A DNA stretch of 63,270 nucleotides, filler included, from Choristocarpus tenellus KU-1152 (lineage: Eukaryota; Protista; Phaeophyceae), in assembly GCA_964200185.2 (NCBI GenBank). It is 12 parts of 12 records of this genome, joined end to end, with 100 filler letters (N's around TTAATTAATTAA, not from the genome) between each part and the next. Parts side by side here need not be neighbours in the genome. Positions count along the whole stretch, not along the records: positions 23,569 to 28,371 come from CAXNAD020013001.1; positions 28,472 to 31,050 come from CAXNAD020026592.1; positions 31,151 to 36,283 come from CAXNAD020011770.1; positions 36,384 to 43,351 come from CAXNAD020006946.1; 8 more parts are not named here. The stretch is one strand, 5' to 3'. Shown piece by piece: positions 24,156 through 37,138 of this stretch (position 1 is the first letter of the stretch; each line of letters begins with the position of its first letter). Below the pieces are notes generated by a model. It was not told the origin of the DNA. It saw nothing but the letters and a program-made list of their open reading frames with translations, and did not search any database. Both the position numbers and the translations under genes were made by a program.

Positions 24156-27100
24156 GGTCATATGAAGACAGTGGACATGCTAACTGACATGCCCGATGGA
24201 AAGGCGTGATAATAATTTCCAGGCATATATGCCTTCTTATATTCTCATTGCACATACATACGAATATGTTCTTCATGATTTCCAACCAAGAAAGTTCAAA
24301 AAATATTAGAGACTATCTGTATCCATGATCCACATACAACTTAATTCTTCTACGTATTTTGCGCGTATTTTTCGTTTTTGCTTGGAGGGGCCAAATCAGT
24401 TCGATAGTTGGACTAGCACAACAACAACAGAAGAAGTGGAGATTGTCTGGACCTGCGAGAAAAAAGTTAGACTGCCCGTTGGACTTAAGAAAGGTGTGTG
24501 GGGAGGGTAATAGGCAAGTCCAATGTCGCAAGTTCAAAACCAGATTACCATCCAGAGAGTGGCTCTAAAAACGAAGACAACGGTTCTTTTGCCACCCTCT
24601 AACTTCGTCCTTCGTCAACGGAACATTTTACACTATCATCCTCATTATTACTAGGAAAAATAAACCCTCTTGTTTTATCACATTTTGTTCCTACTTCCGA
24701 AAAGTCTCTATTTGAACTGAACTGGATATGTGTCTCTATCGTAAAAAAAAAATCTCACATACCTCCTTGGGCCCACAACTATTCCCAGAAAATATTTGTA
24801 GTGAGATGCAGGGTTACAGGATTGAGTTTGCTTACCGCATGGACTACGTACTTTAGGTGCGATGGGTTCTTTCAATGCCCATCCATGAAGCTCAAAATGC
24901 CCTCAACCATAAATTCATACCACTTTTGTTAATTGGTGACTCACATTTTTATTATTATGCCCTCTGAAATTTTGCAGATGTGTCAGGGGGAAACCAATGA
25001 AAACTATATACATATGTGTATATAAAATGTCATAACTCACACCCACATCCTCCAATCCCTAACTTCAACCTCAAACTTATGCTATCATCATGCTCCGGAG
25101 TATGGTGCTTCTTGTTCTCACCATCTAGGGTAACATCTATCATTGGTAAACAACGTCTATCACCGGTACAATGTCAGCGAGTGCGCATGATAATACAATT
25201 CATGGTCGGATGTGCGACAAGGACACTCCCCCAGGTACATTGTGTGAACCTTCACTCTTTCTTCATCTAGAGGTCCCCCTCCTAGCTTGCATGATTGAAA
25301 GACGAACCGATCTCACACCTCCTACAAACAAAGACACACGTGCTTGTTGATAAGACTGGGTGTGACAGCATCAGGGTGAATTTCCAAAAGTGGAGATGAG
25401 GGGGGCCTCAGTCCACCCAGGTATACCTGACGAAAGCGAAAGAGCTCAAAATCCCATCTGCTTGTTTGGTTTGTCTTGATGGAGGATTCTGCACTTATCC
25501 AGTAGCTCTTCTGGTCTACTCCTTCAAATTATTTTCAAGTTCGCCAAACATCAATATGTTCGAACGAGCGTATCTCCAATGAGAGGATTCTTGGAGGAGA
25601 GGACAAGAAGGGTGTGTTCCTAGTTCCAGAATCGTATGGGATAGATGAGAATGTTTTTTATGCTGTGAGAGGAAATATTGTAGAAAATGAGTTTGGTGGG
25701 GTGTGTATGTCATACAACTACAAAATAGAACTTCAAGTTCGTCAGTTCTCAGCATTCGAATCTTAACCTTAGCTCATGTCAGACTTCGTCTCCTTTCATA
25801 AAGAACATCGGTGATTTTGGGAAATTCATTCAGCCTTTCTAGATCCAAATTCACTTGATAAACGTTCTCTTGTTCTTTTCAGAGCTATTCGTGTTTCTTC
25901 TTGGAGGAATATATTTATTTTGGTAAAACATTTTTTCAGAACATAAGTTTCTTTCAGTAATATATAATGATATTAATAGCTTATACATTTGGGGTTGTCA
26001 GGTCATAACTTTTGATGTAGAAGATCTTAATATTATGCCCTCGGACATTTTGCAGAAGTGTCAGGGGGAAAACAAATGAAGATAGGATTTTAAAAATCAT
26101 ATCTATGGTGTCCATCACAATCCCCTTCAGAGTACGGACTTTGTTTACTTTCCGCTATTTTTTGTCTATTTTTGAAGAAAGACTGGTCATATTTGGAGTT
26201 TGTTTTGCTCACGAATTCTGGATTATTATTATTTGCTTATTCCTTGTTTGCCATTCCTCTATTCTCCATTCCCCATTTGATGACCAACCAGTGCGAATGC
26301 CATTCGCTCCTGATTGCCAGCCATCCCCCACATTTCAACCCCACACAAGTTACCACTCCCCTCAACCCCATAACAGTTCCCAAACCACTCAACACCACTC
26401 CACAATCATCCAAGAACACCCCTTCATGACCCACTTCAAACCGTGTCTTTGAGCTAAGAAGACATCTACCCCGCCGTAACTTGACCTCCCCTCTCCTTCG
26501 GGGTTGATTTCTTTCTAGCTCATCCCCTTACCTCTCCTGCCCTGGTTGGACCCAATCTTTCTTACTCTCTGTCAAGCCCTTTGAAACCCACGCTGGGTCC
26601 CTCTGATTAGCCCTTACGTATACCATAACTGCCCTCGACTTCTATCTCCCCTCCCTCCGTATTACCAATACTGCTACCCCCATGGTCGCCAAACTCGTAG
26701 CTCCCCCTATCCTACCCGAATGCCAGGCATACTATTCTGGTCTCAACTTAAGTTCCTTTACCATTCTCCTCAGGACACGTGTCGCTTGGCTCCTCGTGAT
26801 CACCCTCCATGCCCCTTCTTGCCTACATGTCATCAGTGGCGCATCAAGGGGGAGTTCTGGGAAACCTTCCGTAAGAGCCATTACCACCTCCCAACCTCCC
26901 ATACTTTCTTCCCCCTTCTAAACCTGGTCAACACTGCTCCCTTCCTACCCTAGTCCCCTTTTGACCCTGTGAACTTTACCTCTACTTTTTCTGCTTGGTA
27001 TCTATCCTACCATCTCACTCTTTCCACTCCTCTCCTCCGACCTACGTCCCTACTTCTTACTGCAAAATCTCCATGTACTCCCTCCCTTCATCATAGGCCC

Positions 27101-28629
27101 GCAACTCTGATGCTCTGACTGGAAAGAAAGCGAGAAAAACCCAATCCTAGCCTAGTCAATTTACCTTCCCTACCTAACGTTTCAGTGCACTACTTTGTTT
27201 CTACACTCATTCTCCATGTCAGGGGTCTCCTCCTCTTAGGCTCACTCCCTACTTTTGTGTGGCTCCTTCCTATCCCCTTTGAGCACCTAGGGAGTCCTGA
27301 CATGTTGTGGGGGAAGTTGAATGATAGGAAAGTGTTTGTCGTAATATTGGATTATCGCTATCTTACCCTTAACTGTGCTTACTTGGTTCCCCCTCATGCC
27401 GCAGCCAAAACACATGAACTCTGCCAGGGCCTTCACTACGTCTATCTCTCGACTTCTGGGATCTAACCACCTATTCAATCCTCTATATGTATGGAACTCA
27501 AGACCATTGGTCCCAAGCTGTCTCATAACACTTCTATGTTTGTCCCTTCTGCCCCCCCCCTCTACCCGCTAGTCTACCCAGACAGTCCCCTTCTGGCGTA
27601 AACCCAGTGGGTATGCCAGCCGCACAATGAAACCCCAAGGCAGAATTGTGGGGCCTATGACCCACCTTATTTTCCTTTTATATAGATTTTGGAGTAAAAA
27701 TTACCACACCCAACCAAGCTAGGTTAAATGCGAAATATTTTTGGGGTTTATTGCACCCACATAAAGTACAGTAAAGTCGTTGTTGGGTTCTATCGCTTGC
27801 AGCTAGGCATCCTCGCACATGGTACCCCCTTTGCTGACTACGCACACACTTTTTGCCTTTCTGAAACAAACTTCTTCCTTTTTAGTATTATCATATATAT
27901 ATATATATTTTCTGCTGGATAGTTTGGGATGTAATCTGTAATACTGACTGCTTTGAGGGGCTTCAGGTGGGTTTGATTTTGAGTTTCAGAAGTCTACCCC
28001 CCCCCCCAACCTCACCTCCTCTGTACCTTCTTGATCTTCACCTACCTTGGCAGGCTGTTAGAGATCAGCTCCCTCTAGTTTCTGTACCGTATCTGTATTC
28101 TTAAGTTTGCATTCCCACTCCTAGTCGGGGATCAACCCATTGTTCGAACATTATTCATGCACCCTCCTCGACATTGCCCTGCCTAATCTGGTAGGGGCTA
28201 GTCTGGATGGGTTGCGTAAGGGCTAGGACATGTAATGGTCATGTGTTAGTCTAGATCAGTCTTGGTACCCCAATTCTTGGCTTGCCACACGCTCCTTGTA
28301 TTGCCGACATTAAACTCCCCCCCCCCCCCTTTTTCCCTGGCTGCCGCGATATTTCTTGCTCCTCCAACATTNNNNNNNNNNNNNNNNNNNNNNNNNNNNN
28401 NNNNNNNNNNNNNNNTTAATTAATTAANNNNNNNNNNNNNNNNNNNNNNNNNNNNNNNNNNNNNNNNNNNNACAGCGGCGGATTCAGCCACGGCTACAGG
28501 CAAACGGTAGGCGCGAAGAGTGTATTGGTGTAGCATCAGGCGCATGAGTGGTACACATTTTATATGTCGACTCTCGGTACGAATGACCGCCGTTCATCAT
28601 TTTCAGTTTGATCTTTGCTAATTTTCCAG

Positions 28630-30396
28630 GTTCTAATGCCTTCCTATAAACAGGTTGATCGTACTTTGTTAGGGAGAAAATTCAACGTCACAAACTCTTA
28701 AGGGTTCTTCATAAAGACGAAGTAGGGCAATCAATGTTTTATCGAACCATATTTTTCATTGCGGAAATTTGCAGTCCCTGGGAATGCATTGCGCTTTCCC
28801 GCTTCAACACGTTTCATATATCTCCCAGAGACCCCATCCAAGGCAAGATTTGTTTCCGTAGCACGACCAGTCCCCATCATTAGGAAGATCTCTTTCTAAT
28901 TATACCCCAAGGTATTCTCGATGCAGACACGAGGAAATCAAAAACGTGTGGTCAACGACTCAGAAACTCTGTTGTGGACCTTTCTCCTTGCGAGTGGTAC
29001 AAATTCCCGTGTCCTGCTGAAGTTGTATATTCCATACGTAGTGCACATTTACATGTTAACGACAAAGGATCCGTGTTGTTCTCACACTGGACAGCGACTG
29101 TCACTGCCCTCACAAGTTTGGTTTTCCGTACGTAGCATGACATGGTGACGCCACCGTTCCCAAACACAACATTCTTGTCTTCCTTTGTGCGTAGCTCCAA
29201 AAGCAGACCAGGATGCAATACTTTGTACGAATGTGCACAGATGTTTTGAGCGTCAAAGGCCCTGACATCCTTGGAGAGGACACTCCGGTAGGCTATACGT
29301 GGAAGGACATCGTGGAGACAGCTGCTGGTGTGTTCGCAGAGAAGGCTGCGGAAAAGTTGCCAACTGACCTGCTCTCCCTGTCCTATGTGGTGGGAAAAGA
29401 AAGTTTTCCAGAAGAATGAGTAAGCCCCGAATCCGCGTGGGTTCGTCATCGACCCCATACACAGATGACTTTTCTACATTGTACCCCTTTAGTACACAGA
29501 CAATGAAAAACGTGCGAGCATTCTTTTCTCCTGGTCATCGCACTTTTACGACATTGATATCACATTCTGCGCTACACAACATAACCTGATCACACGCCAA
29601 AATACTTACACAAAGACTAAAACGTTCACAACATCCTACTTCTGTCCTTAGCCACTCCGTACGCAAATCGCCTCTTGCAGTTCTCCAGAACTCTGAAGGG
29701 TGTTCGTTCTAAGAAAGAGAACACCATTAACACCAAGAAACCTTCCGGGAAAGGCAAGCAAAAATACAAGGAAGAAGTTGTGAAGGAGGCCAGCGCATCC
29801 GGATGCGACACGGACGAACTCCCCTTCGTCTCTGAAAGACAGAGAATGCATACGCCAAGCGTATGCACGTGAAGGAGGTATTCATAGAGCAGGCTGTTCT
29901 TGAGGTGGCGTCGATGAAGATCAACGAACTCAAACTGCTTGATGAGCACGGAATCAAGTCCACTGTGGCAGGGAATTCCAACCCCCAATCTACCGAGGAC
30001 GCGAAAGACCCATACATCCTATCGGAAGAGGTAATTTGTTTGATGCTGACGGTTTACCCTCCCGACTTTAGCACATGAGTACATCCTTTGGCAAACATTC
30101 TTGTCCTCGTGTCCGTACTTGGTGTCAATGTGTAGAGGCTGTGGTCTGCGTAAAAATGAACACATTTTCACTTCAAAAGTCCGCCCCACCCCTGTGTTTC
30201 AAAGGTGGGAAGGAGATTGATGCTGAAAGGTGTAGAAAAGGGTGACGTCTTCGTAAAGATCGTGGAAGGCTGCAATGGTGTTGCCCTCCCCCAAGGACTA
30301 GAAGGTGAAGTCAAGCGTGCCAAAATAAACGTTTCACTGTATCGTGATATTGGGAACAGAGATGGAGGAGCAATGGGTCGTTTCTTTCTACGTTAG
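28630..30396 (+). pseudogene. Decayed multi-exon gene of unknown family (possibly transposon accessory gene)
   Basis: Exon-like blocks with splice signals at 28630-28842 (two stops, GC donor), 29241-29419 (ends TGA|GTAAG), 29681-30030 (frameshift near 29845) and 30205-30396. The DNA is CpG-rich and coding-like. Confidence 0.5.
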
Positions 30397-31577
30397 TGAA
30401 GAACAACCATCAGACCTGAAATATATATTAGTCAAGCATACCATAGTGTATTGACACACAACCCCCTCTCCGGACTATAATCATGCAATTACATTTTAAG
30501 GCCATTTGCCTACATGTGGTACTTTAATATGTATGTGTGTATAGGATGGAAGAGGTGCTTGTGTGAGTGAGCCTATGCACATTTTTTGTTAAAGTTCAGA
30601 ATGGTAGAGCAATGTCAATCAAATTGTCTCTCCTAGATATATGTATGTGTACCACAATTATGTAAAATCTTTAATGGGGGATGGACCCCTGTATTTTCTG
30701 CTTCTTAATACTGTGTGTATCGAGTATTGTCTAATTGTTTATCCTCTGAATGTTTTTTTCCACGACCCCTAAGACAGACATAGTGATTACATAGATAATG
30801 ATATTAACAACAGCCCTGGAATTTCTAATTTCTTCATTTTAAGGAATCAGAGTTACGCATGATATTAGTACCATAATTTTTTTCACACTTGCAATGGATA
30901 ATGATATAGAACTCATTAAGTTACTTTCTCTGGAGTTTCAACTTACACATCCACGGTTCTCGTCTGCTCCCCCCCCCCCCCCCAACACACGTACATTTTC
31001 ACAAAGTTCAAACACAACCATAACAAATTCGTTTGGAAAAAAAACACAAGNNNNNNNNNNNNNNNNNNNNNNNNNNNNNNNNNNNNNNNNNNNNTTAATT
31101 AATTAANNNNNNNNNNNNNNNNNNNNNNNNNNNNNNNNNNNNNNNNNNNNCACATATTGCGTCATTGGGTACCCCCTCCCCCTCCCCGCCCAGATTTTCA
31201 TCCAAGGTTGTGAGGCCACTGTTGCCCAACTGGGGCTGATAATTGTGCACCTTCCTGCCCCAGTGATGCAACTGTAGTGGAAGTATAGTATTAATAGTAT
31301 ATCTTGTTGCTTTCCAATATTTGTAATTTTCTTTTTGTAGTGTGGAGTAAGAGATGTTTACTTCTTTTGTAGTATGGAGTGGAGTAATATGTGAACTCAT
31401 TTTGTAGGGTGGGACAATGTGTTAGCTTGTTTTCTAGCGTTAAGTACTACATTAGCATATTTTGTTCTATGGAGTGATATGATATTCATGTCAACATAAT
31501 TTATTTTTTATCTTTCTTAGTGCGAGCATCGTGTGCAATTGTTGTCATTCTCAGTATCTGTCAGCATTTATGTTAGC

Positions 31578-31608
31578 CTTAGGGTTAGAGCTAGGGTTAG
31601 GGTTAGGG
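31578..31608 (+). repeat. Interstitial telomere-like (TTAGGG)n, representative copy
   Basis: Short TTAGGG/CCCTAA runs also lie near 4343, 5221, 12810, 17371, 33204, 33366, 34564, 34898, 48180, 56840, 63069 and 63122. Confidence 0.9.
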
Positions 31609-32971
31609 TCAAGGAAAGGTTAGGACTATATTGCGGGATGTATACATTTATCATGTTTGTATCTTGAAGGCGTTGTGGATTAGGACTGAGAGCTTTGATT
31701 TGAGATCATGGGGAGAAATGAAGTTCTTAAGAAGATTCAATATCGAGGCAAACGGTTTTATTAGATATAAAAGTACATACAGGTAGGATTGAGGTGAGCA
31801 GCAGGAATACGCTGTGGCTATTTATATCATTGTTGTTGCTAATAAACCATTTTTAGTTTTTTTTTGTAGTCTTCAGGTAGTTCCGTTCTCTTCTTTGTCT
31901 CCATCTCTATTGCTTTTGTCAGGGTTTTTGTAGTACAAAAGGTGGCGTTTTAATTACTTCTCCAGTATTTTATTTCACCGCACAGAAGCGCATACACACG
32001 CATGTGTGTCTGCAACTCCACCTGCGTCTGTGCCTGCTCCTGCGTCTGCGTCTGCGCCTTCCCCTGTGTCTGCATCTGTGCCTCTGTCATGTGTATGTGT
32101 TCTATAGTATACTTATATTTCCTGTTGGAGGTGTTCATGGGTGCATGTTGAGTTTTTTTGTTCATATATTTTTTCACATATAGAGAGTCACATTCATGCC
32201 TTCCAGTGCTTGTTTATTCCCCCAACTCTAACCCCAACCTTGGACCCCTACCCCCCAAGGAAACAGCACTTTAGAAAAGTATATATTTTGTCGAAAGGGT
32301 GCAACAAGACACCACACACTTTACTTATCTCCTAGGATAAGCGCTGACCTGTGTTACAGAGGTTGAAGATCATGCTGTAAGATATGTTTATTTTTTGTTC
32401 TTATAGTTGTCAATTGTGTATGTGTGTGTGTAAGACAGAGAGAGAGATTGAGATTGAGAGAGTGAAACTGCCGCTGCGGATAGTTAACCTTACAGCTACT
32501 CATAGGTGCACTATGAGACAGACTGAGATGTTACTGCTGTCCAATGAGCTTGCTCTGCTCTATGGTAAAAGTGCTATAAATGTTATAGTGTTGAGTTGCG
32601 TCAGACAAGAGAGACTGACCTTGACATCTACTGATACCTTTTGCTGCATCACCTTCTGTTGTAACAAAGGCATTATATTAAAAAGGTATGATAGAACAAA
32701 GATATGATAAAAATAAGATATGATACAATAAAGACATATGATATAATAGCATATGTTTTAACAAAGTCATGATATAACAAAGATAGCGTTCCAACGTCAC
32801 TATTCTTTTCCGTTGCTCCAACACGCTTCACAACTCTGATGCTGTTTTTCAGCACTGATTACAATCCCCATTGCCCCACTCCTATTGGTACGCCTCCTTG
32901 TTCTGTACAAACACCTCCTTACCCATACCTTTCTTACCCTACACATTTCCTATACAATGGCGTTTCTGAAG

Positions 32972-33093
32972 GGATGGTGAATCAGAAAACACGGCAGGTT
33001 GCCCATTCTATCGAGGCCTCTCTTCTGCTCATTTTTCAGACATGGCATACAAGGCTGCAAGGCCTGCTGTGGGCCTGGAAGGCGGGGCTGATG
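32972..33093 (+). CDS. FANCJ/BRIP1-like Fe-S DNA helicase exon (XPD family, DEAD_2 region)
   Basis: AG|G-DGESENTAGCPFYRGLSSAHFSDMAYKAARPAVGLEGGAD-G|GTGAGT. GCPFY fits the last Fe-S cysteine, and the phase matches the next exon. Confidence 0.7.
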
Positions 33094-34580
33094 GTGAGTG
33101 ACCTGAGAAGGAGGGGGTGGGGGGGTTAGCGGGTGTCATTATGATAGGGTTTTGTAAGATAACTTGTTTTGTAATGACTCTTTGTGTGCTACATGTACAT
33201 GGAGGGTTTAGGGTTAAGGGTTGTGTACATAATGATAGCTATGTGTGTAAGATATGTTACTTCGAAGTAGTGGATAGGTAGCATCATTTGAACGAGGAAC
33301 TTGTTCTTGGATGGCGTTATCATTGTCTTGACTCCCCTTAATACGTAATGTACTTAGGGCTAGACTTAGGGTTAGGTCTAACCCTACTTTTTTTTTTAGT
33401 ACACTCCAGCTTGTAAGACCCTTCAGAACTAGTGCACACTCCTTTGCACTTGCTATTGAAATACTCTATATCCCAAACCCAAAACCTAACCCAAGTAGGA
33501 AGTGTATGTTTCTGAGCCAAATATTTGATGGCATTTTCTCACAGGGAAAGCAAAGTGTGTCAGGGGTGGTTGGTCACTGTTGGGCTCACCATAAAGTGTG
33601 GGTTCTAACAACCTTTGAACAGCCACAATTCGTCTGGTGTAGCCTGGTCACACCACTGAACAAGAAGGCCTTCCACTATTATTGTAGAACCCTCCTACCA
33701 CCAATGTTTCAAAATATTTTGTGAACTTGAGAAATAACTGTGTGTAGTATATATATATATATATATATAATTTTGTAGTAAGTTATATTGTTTTTTCACT
33801 CACCAAAAACTGTTTCGATTTTGTTGTATTTTTTTTCTCGAAAAATTGTCGATTTACCATTTGTTGAAGGTTGCCCAGTCAACCTCTCCCCCCCTGTCCC
33901 CTTCATGTCCCTCTTGCAGTCGTTGGGGCACTGTGGTCACTCTTTAGGTAGCAAAGCCACCTCCCCTCCTCTTTCATCCTAGTCTCAATGCAGATAGAGT
34001 TACATGGTAGTTCCTCTGCCTTCCTCATCTACTCGTAAGAGTTGATGGAGGAATAAATATGTATATATATATATGCACAGACAATCGTTGTTGCCTCACT
34101 GCCAATATCTGTTGACAAAACTCTGACTTGAGCATCCTTAGTTTGTGTTTATGTATGTATTTTGCCCCAGCTGCAGAACATCTTGATATCGTGTTCTAAC
34201 CGGTATTGCACGCCATAGTACTAGCACCATACATACAGTCAAAGGGCGGACGATTTTGGAGACAAATTGGAGATTCCTTCTGCCAACCAGATATATTGGG
34301 GGATCGGTGGATTGGTATGACATTAAAAGGTATACCTCCAATGTACGCACAGACTGCTGACGGTATGTATTCAGTACCTCATACTGTCATTGACTTATTT
34401 CACAGTAGTTAGTTAGTCATACCTTTTTGCCAATACTGACCAGTTTAGACCATGCAGTACTTGGCACCCTCTTGTACATCCTGTCCTACTATCTCTTCCC
34501 ACCCCTTACCCCCTTCCCAAACATGCCCCGCAACCCACAAGCCATAACACTCACCTCATAATACCCTAACCCTAATGTAG

Positions 34581-34756
34581 GCCTCTGGGATGTTGAAGAT
34601 CTGGTTAGCTTTGGCAGGGATCCGACTGGTCACATTAGTAGGTTGAGGAAAGCTCGAACGTCACGCCAAAAGACAGATCTGGTAGCGCCCCCCGTAGCGG
34701 CTACAGTAGCAGTGGAATTGGACCCACAGCGGGAGGGCAAACCTGGTGCATCCCAG
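34581..34756 (+). CDS. FANCJ/BRIP1-like helicase exon
   Basis: TAG|(G)LWDVEDLVSFGRDP... matches the XPD-family DIE(D/E)LV motif with the FANCJ-type preceding Trp. The donor position is uncertain. Confidence 0.75.
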
Positions 34757-36430
34757 GTTAACATCAAAGCGAACGAACATGGGGTGATAGTGTCTGAAGG
34801 TTTGAATAAAGCTATTTTATTCACATGGATATGGTTGGTACCAGGCCTAGAATACTACAGCTACTACTACAGCTGCTACTGCTAATATAATAGTAGGGTT
34901 GGGATTAGGGTTAGGGTTTAGGGTTAGGTTGATACCAAGATGATATCTCATGAACTATAGTAATATCAGCAATGATATGATAGTATTGGTAATAATTGTA
35001 CAATAATAAGTAAGATGACAAGATTATATATTGTCTGGATAACCATCGAAAATATTAATGATAGCAGTAATTTTAGTAGTATCACTTTCAAGAAGGTGAG
35101 AGTGCTAAAAAAAAAAAGTGCCATCAAGAGGTTAGAGGGATCCTTGAAACTCAGCAGTTCCCCCTCTTGGTTGCTTTGACTCTATCCCTAACTCTAATCC
35201 TGACCCTATCCTTAAGAAGCTGGAAACTTGAGACATAGACGCCTCATGTCAAGGGTCCCCATGAAATAAAATCACGGATGCCAAACCTCCAATGGTACTT
35301 TTGATGTGGGGGGGTGGGGGAGTGGGGGTGGGGGGGGGAGCAAGACCTCTGACAAGTGGTTAGTGATAGTGCCTACAACAAGTAACTCTAGCATGATCCC
35401 CTCTCCAAACAGGTATCATGTTGGCAATGCTGTGCACGATGATTGTGTGATGCTGGTTGTCCTTCAGGCCCAAGTCATGTTCAGCTCATGCCCAGGGTCA
35501 CTTTATTGTAGTTCATAGCACTATGGAGCGATCCTTGGTATATATATACTAAAATATATATAGTTCTCTCGTGATTCTGTGGCCTGATGGAGAGGGGGGG
35601 GGGGAGGGGGGCTAGCGCCCTTAACTTCTAGTGCAGGGGCCCCTTTTTTAGTCCATGGCCCATGAGACTTGAATCCCTAACCCTATTCCTAATGCAGAAC
35701 TGTCTATGATCATCAGAAGCAACTTATTCTTCAGTTTTTCCTATTGACTGTATTAATAGTATGTGTATTTGTTCCTGTGTGACCGGACAATTATAAAGAA
35801 GGTTTCATTGTTGTTGAAGGGTGACTAACCAGATACAAGAGCTGTGCAGGTTTTTCAGAAGTAAATGAGTGTATTTTTCCTTTTTTTGTTTTTCTACCAG
35901 TACCCTCTATTAAAAAAAAAAAGATCTGTTATTGATTGCAACCTTTTTGCTTTTTGCATCAAATGTACACTGGAGACCCTCCTTTCCTTTGCTGCATGTG
36001 ATGGCCTGTTCAGTTAGTTCCCTTTGGTTCAATTCGACCTAAGACACCGCCTTCTGTATTAATGACCCTGACTGCACTCCCATCTTGACATCATGTTGAA
36101 GTTCGTCGAGTCAATCTCAAGGACCAGTCGGGGAACACAAGCAATCCTGAATTAAGTCATGATCTCAACCTGTCGGTGAATAGGAGAGGGGAGAATACAG
36201 AAAGGGGGGCATGGGGGGGGGGGGGGGGGGAGGTGGGGGGGGTGGCAGGGGGTTGGGGGGGAGGGGGGGGGTAAGAGTTTAAANNNNNNNNNNNNNNNNN
36301 NNNNNNNNNNNNNNNNNNNNNNNNNNNTTAATTAATTAANNNNNNNNNNNNNNNNNNNNNNNNNNNNNNNNNNNNNNNNNNNNAATAAATCAAAAATATG
36401 TTAAAGAATAACCACAAAGAAAGAAGAACA

Positions 36431-36618
36431 AGACATGGCGGGGGGGGGGGGGTGGGGCGGGGAGGTCTACCCAGAGTGTCCATTTGGACCACAAAACCAG
36501 GAAAAGTGCACTTTCATTATCCATCCAACATAGGGAACCAAATCACCCCAAAATCGCGACTTGAGAAATTTGGATCCAAAGTGACATCCGCCAACCCCCC
36601 CCCCAGATGCTTCGAGCC
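36431..36618 (-). mobile_element. MITE-like family B copy
   Basis: Reverse complement of 59837-60015 (GGAAAAGTGCA..CATTATCCATCCAA..GGAACCAAATCAC..CCCCAGATGCTTCGAGCC). Confidence 0.85.
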
Positions 36619-36739
36619 TTCTTGTAACAAAAAAGAAACCAGCATTTATTCCGTAAGGCCACGTATGTGCTACGAATCTCGTATACTGCTCGCGCTTGGG
36701 AGAACACAAGAAGAAATGCTCGCGCAATTCGCCGGTGAC

Positions 36740-37138
36740 AGCACCCCACACCTGTTTCACCTCAATTGCTTCAATCAATGGAATCGAGACCTCAAGCCCC
36801 TTGTAACACAAATACTATATGTTCACGCCGGAGTCAAATCAACTTAGAGGTAGTAGGCACGACAACAAAGAGCCTTTGCTGAATTGTGGTTTTACCTTGT
36901 GTTTAGAAAGGGGGAATATCAATTTTGTATACACTAATGTACACATAAAGCATTGAGTGTATCGCACAGGTTAAGAAAGATTACTTAGAATACAAAAAGG
37001 GTCCAAATCTGCCTGCCTCTGGATTGGTTTGACTCACCAAGTCAGATATTGCTCTCTGCCAAAAGCTCATCTTTACTGTCGGTCCAAGGTGGGATACTTC
37101 AACAACACGACACCACAACTCACTTGCGCCCCTCCACC
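36740..37138 (-). CDS. Two candidate exons of an unidentified protein
   Basis: 37138-37038 (CAG|..WRGASELW..QRAISDL|GTGAGT) splices in phase to an exon starting at 36799 (GLEVSIPLIEAIEVKQ). Its 3' end is unresolved. Confidence 0.45.

Noticed and set aside
26600-27600. Pyrimidine-skewed, coding-like stretch, possibly a LINE relic (similar cases at 21000-23100, 42200-43200 and 55340-55720)
   Set aside because: No diagnostic motif could be read, so a translated TE search is needed.
29417-29419. Selenocysteine TGA at an exon end
   Set aside because: There is no redox motif or evident SECIS, and neighbouring exons also carry TAA/TAG and a frameshift.
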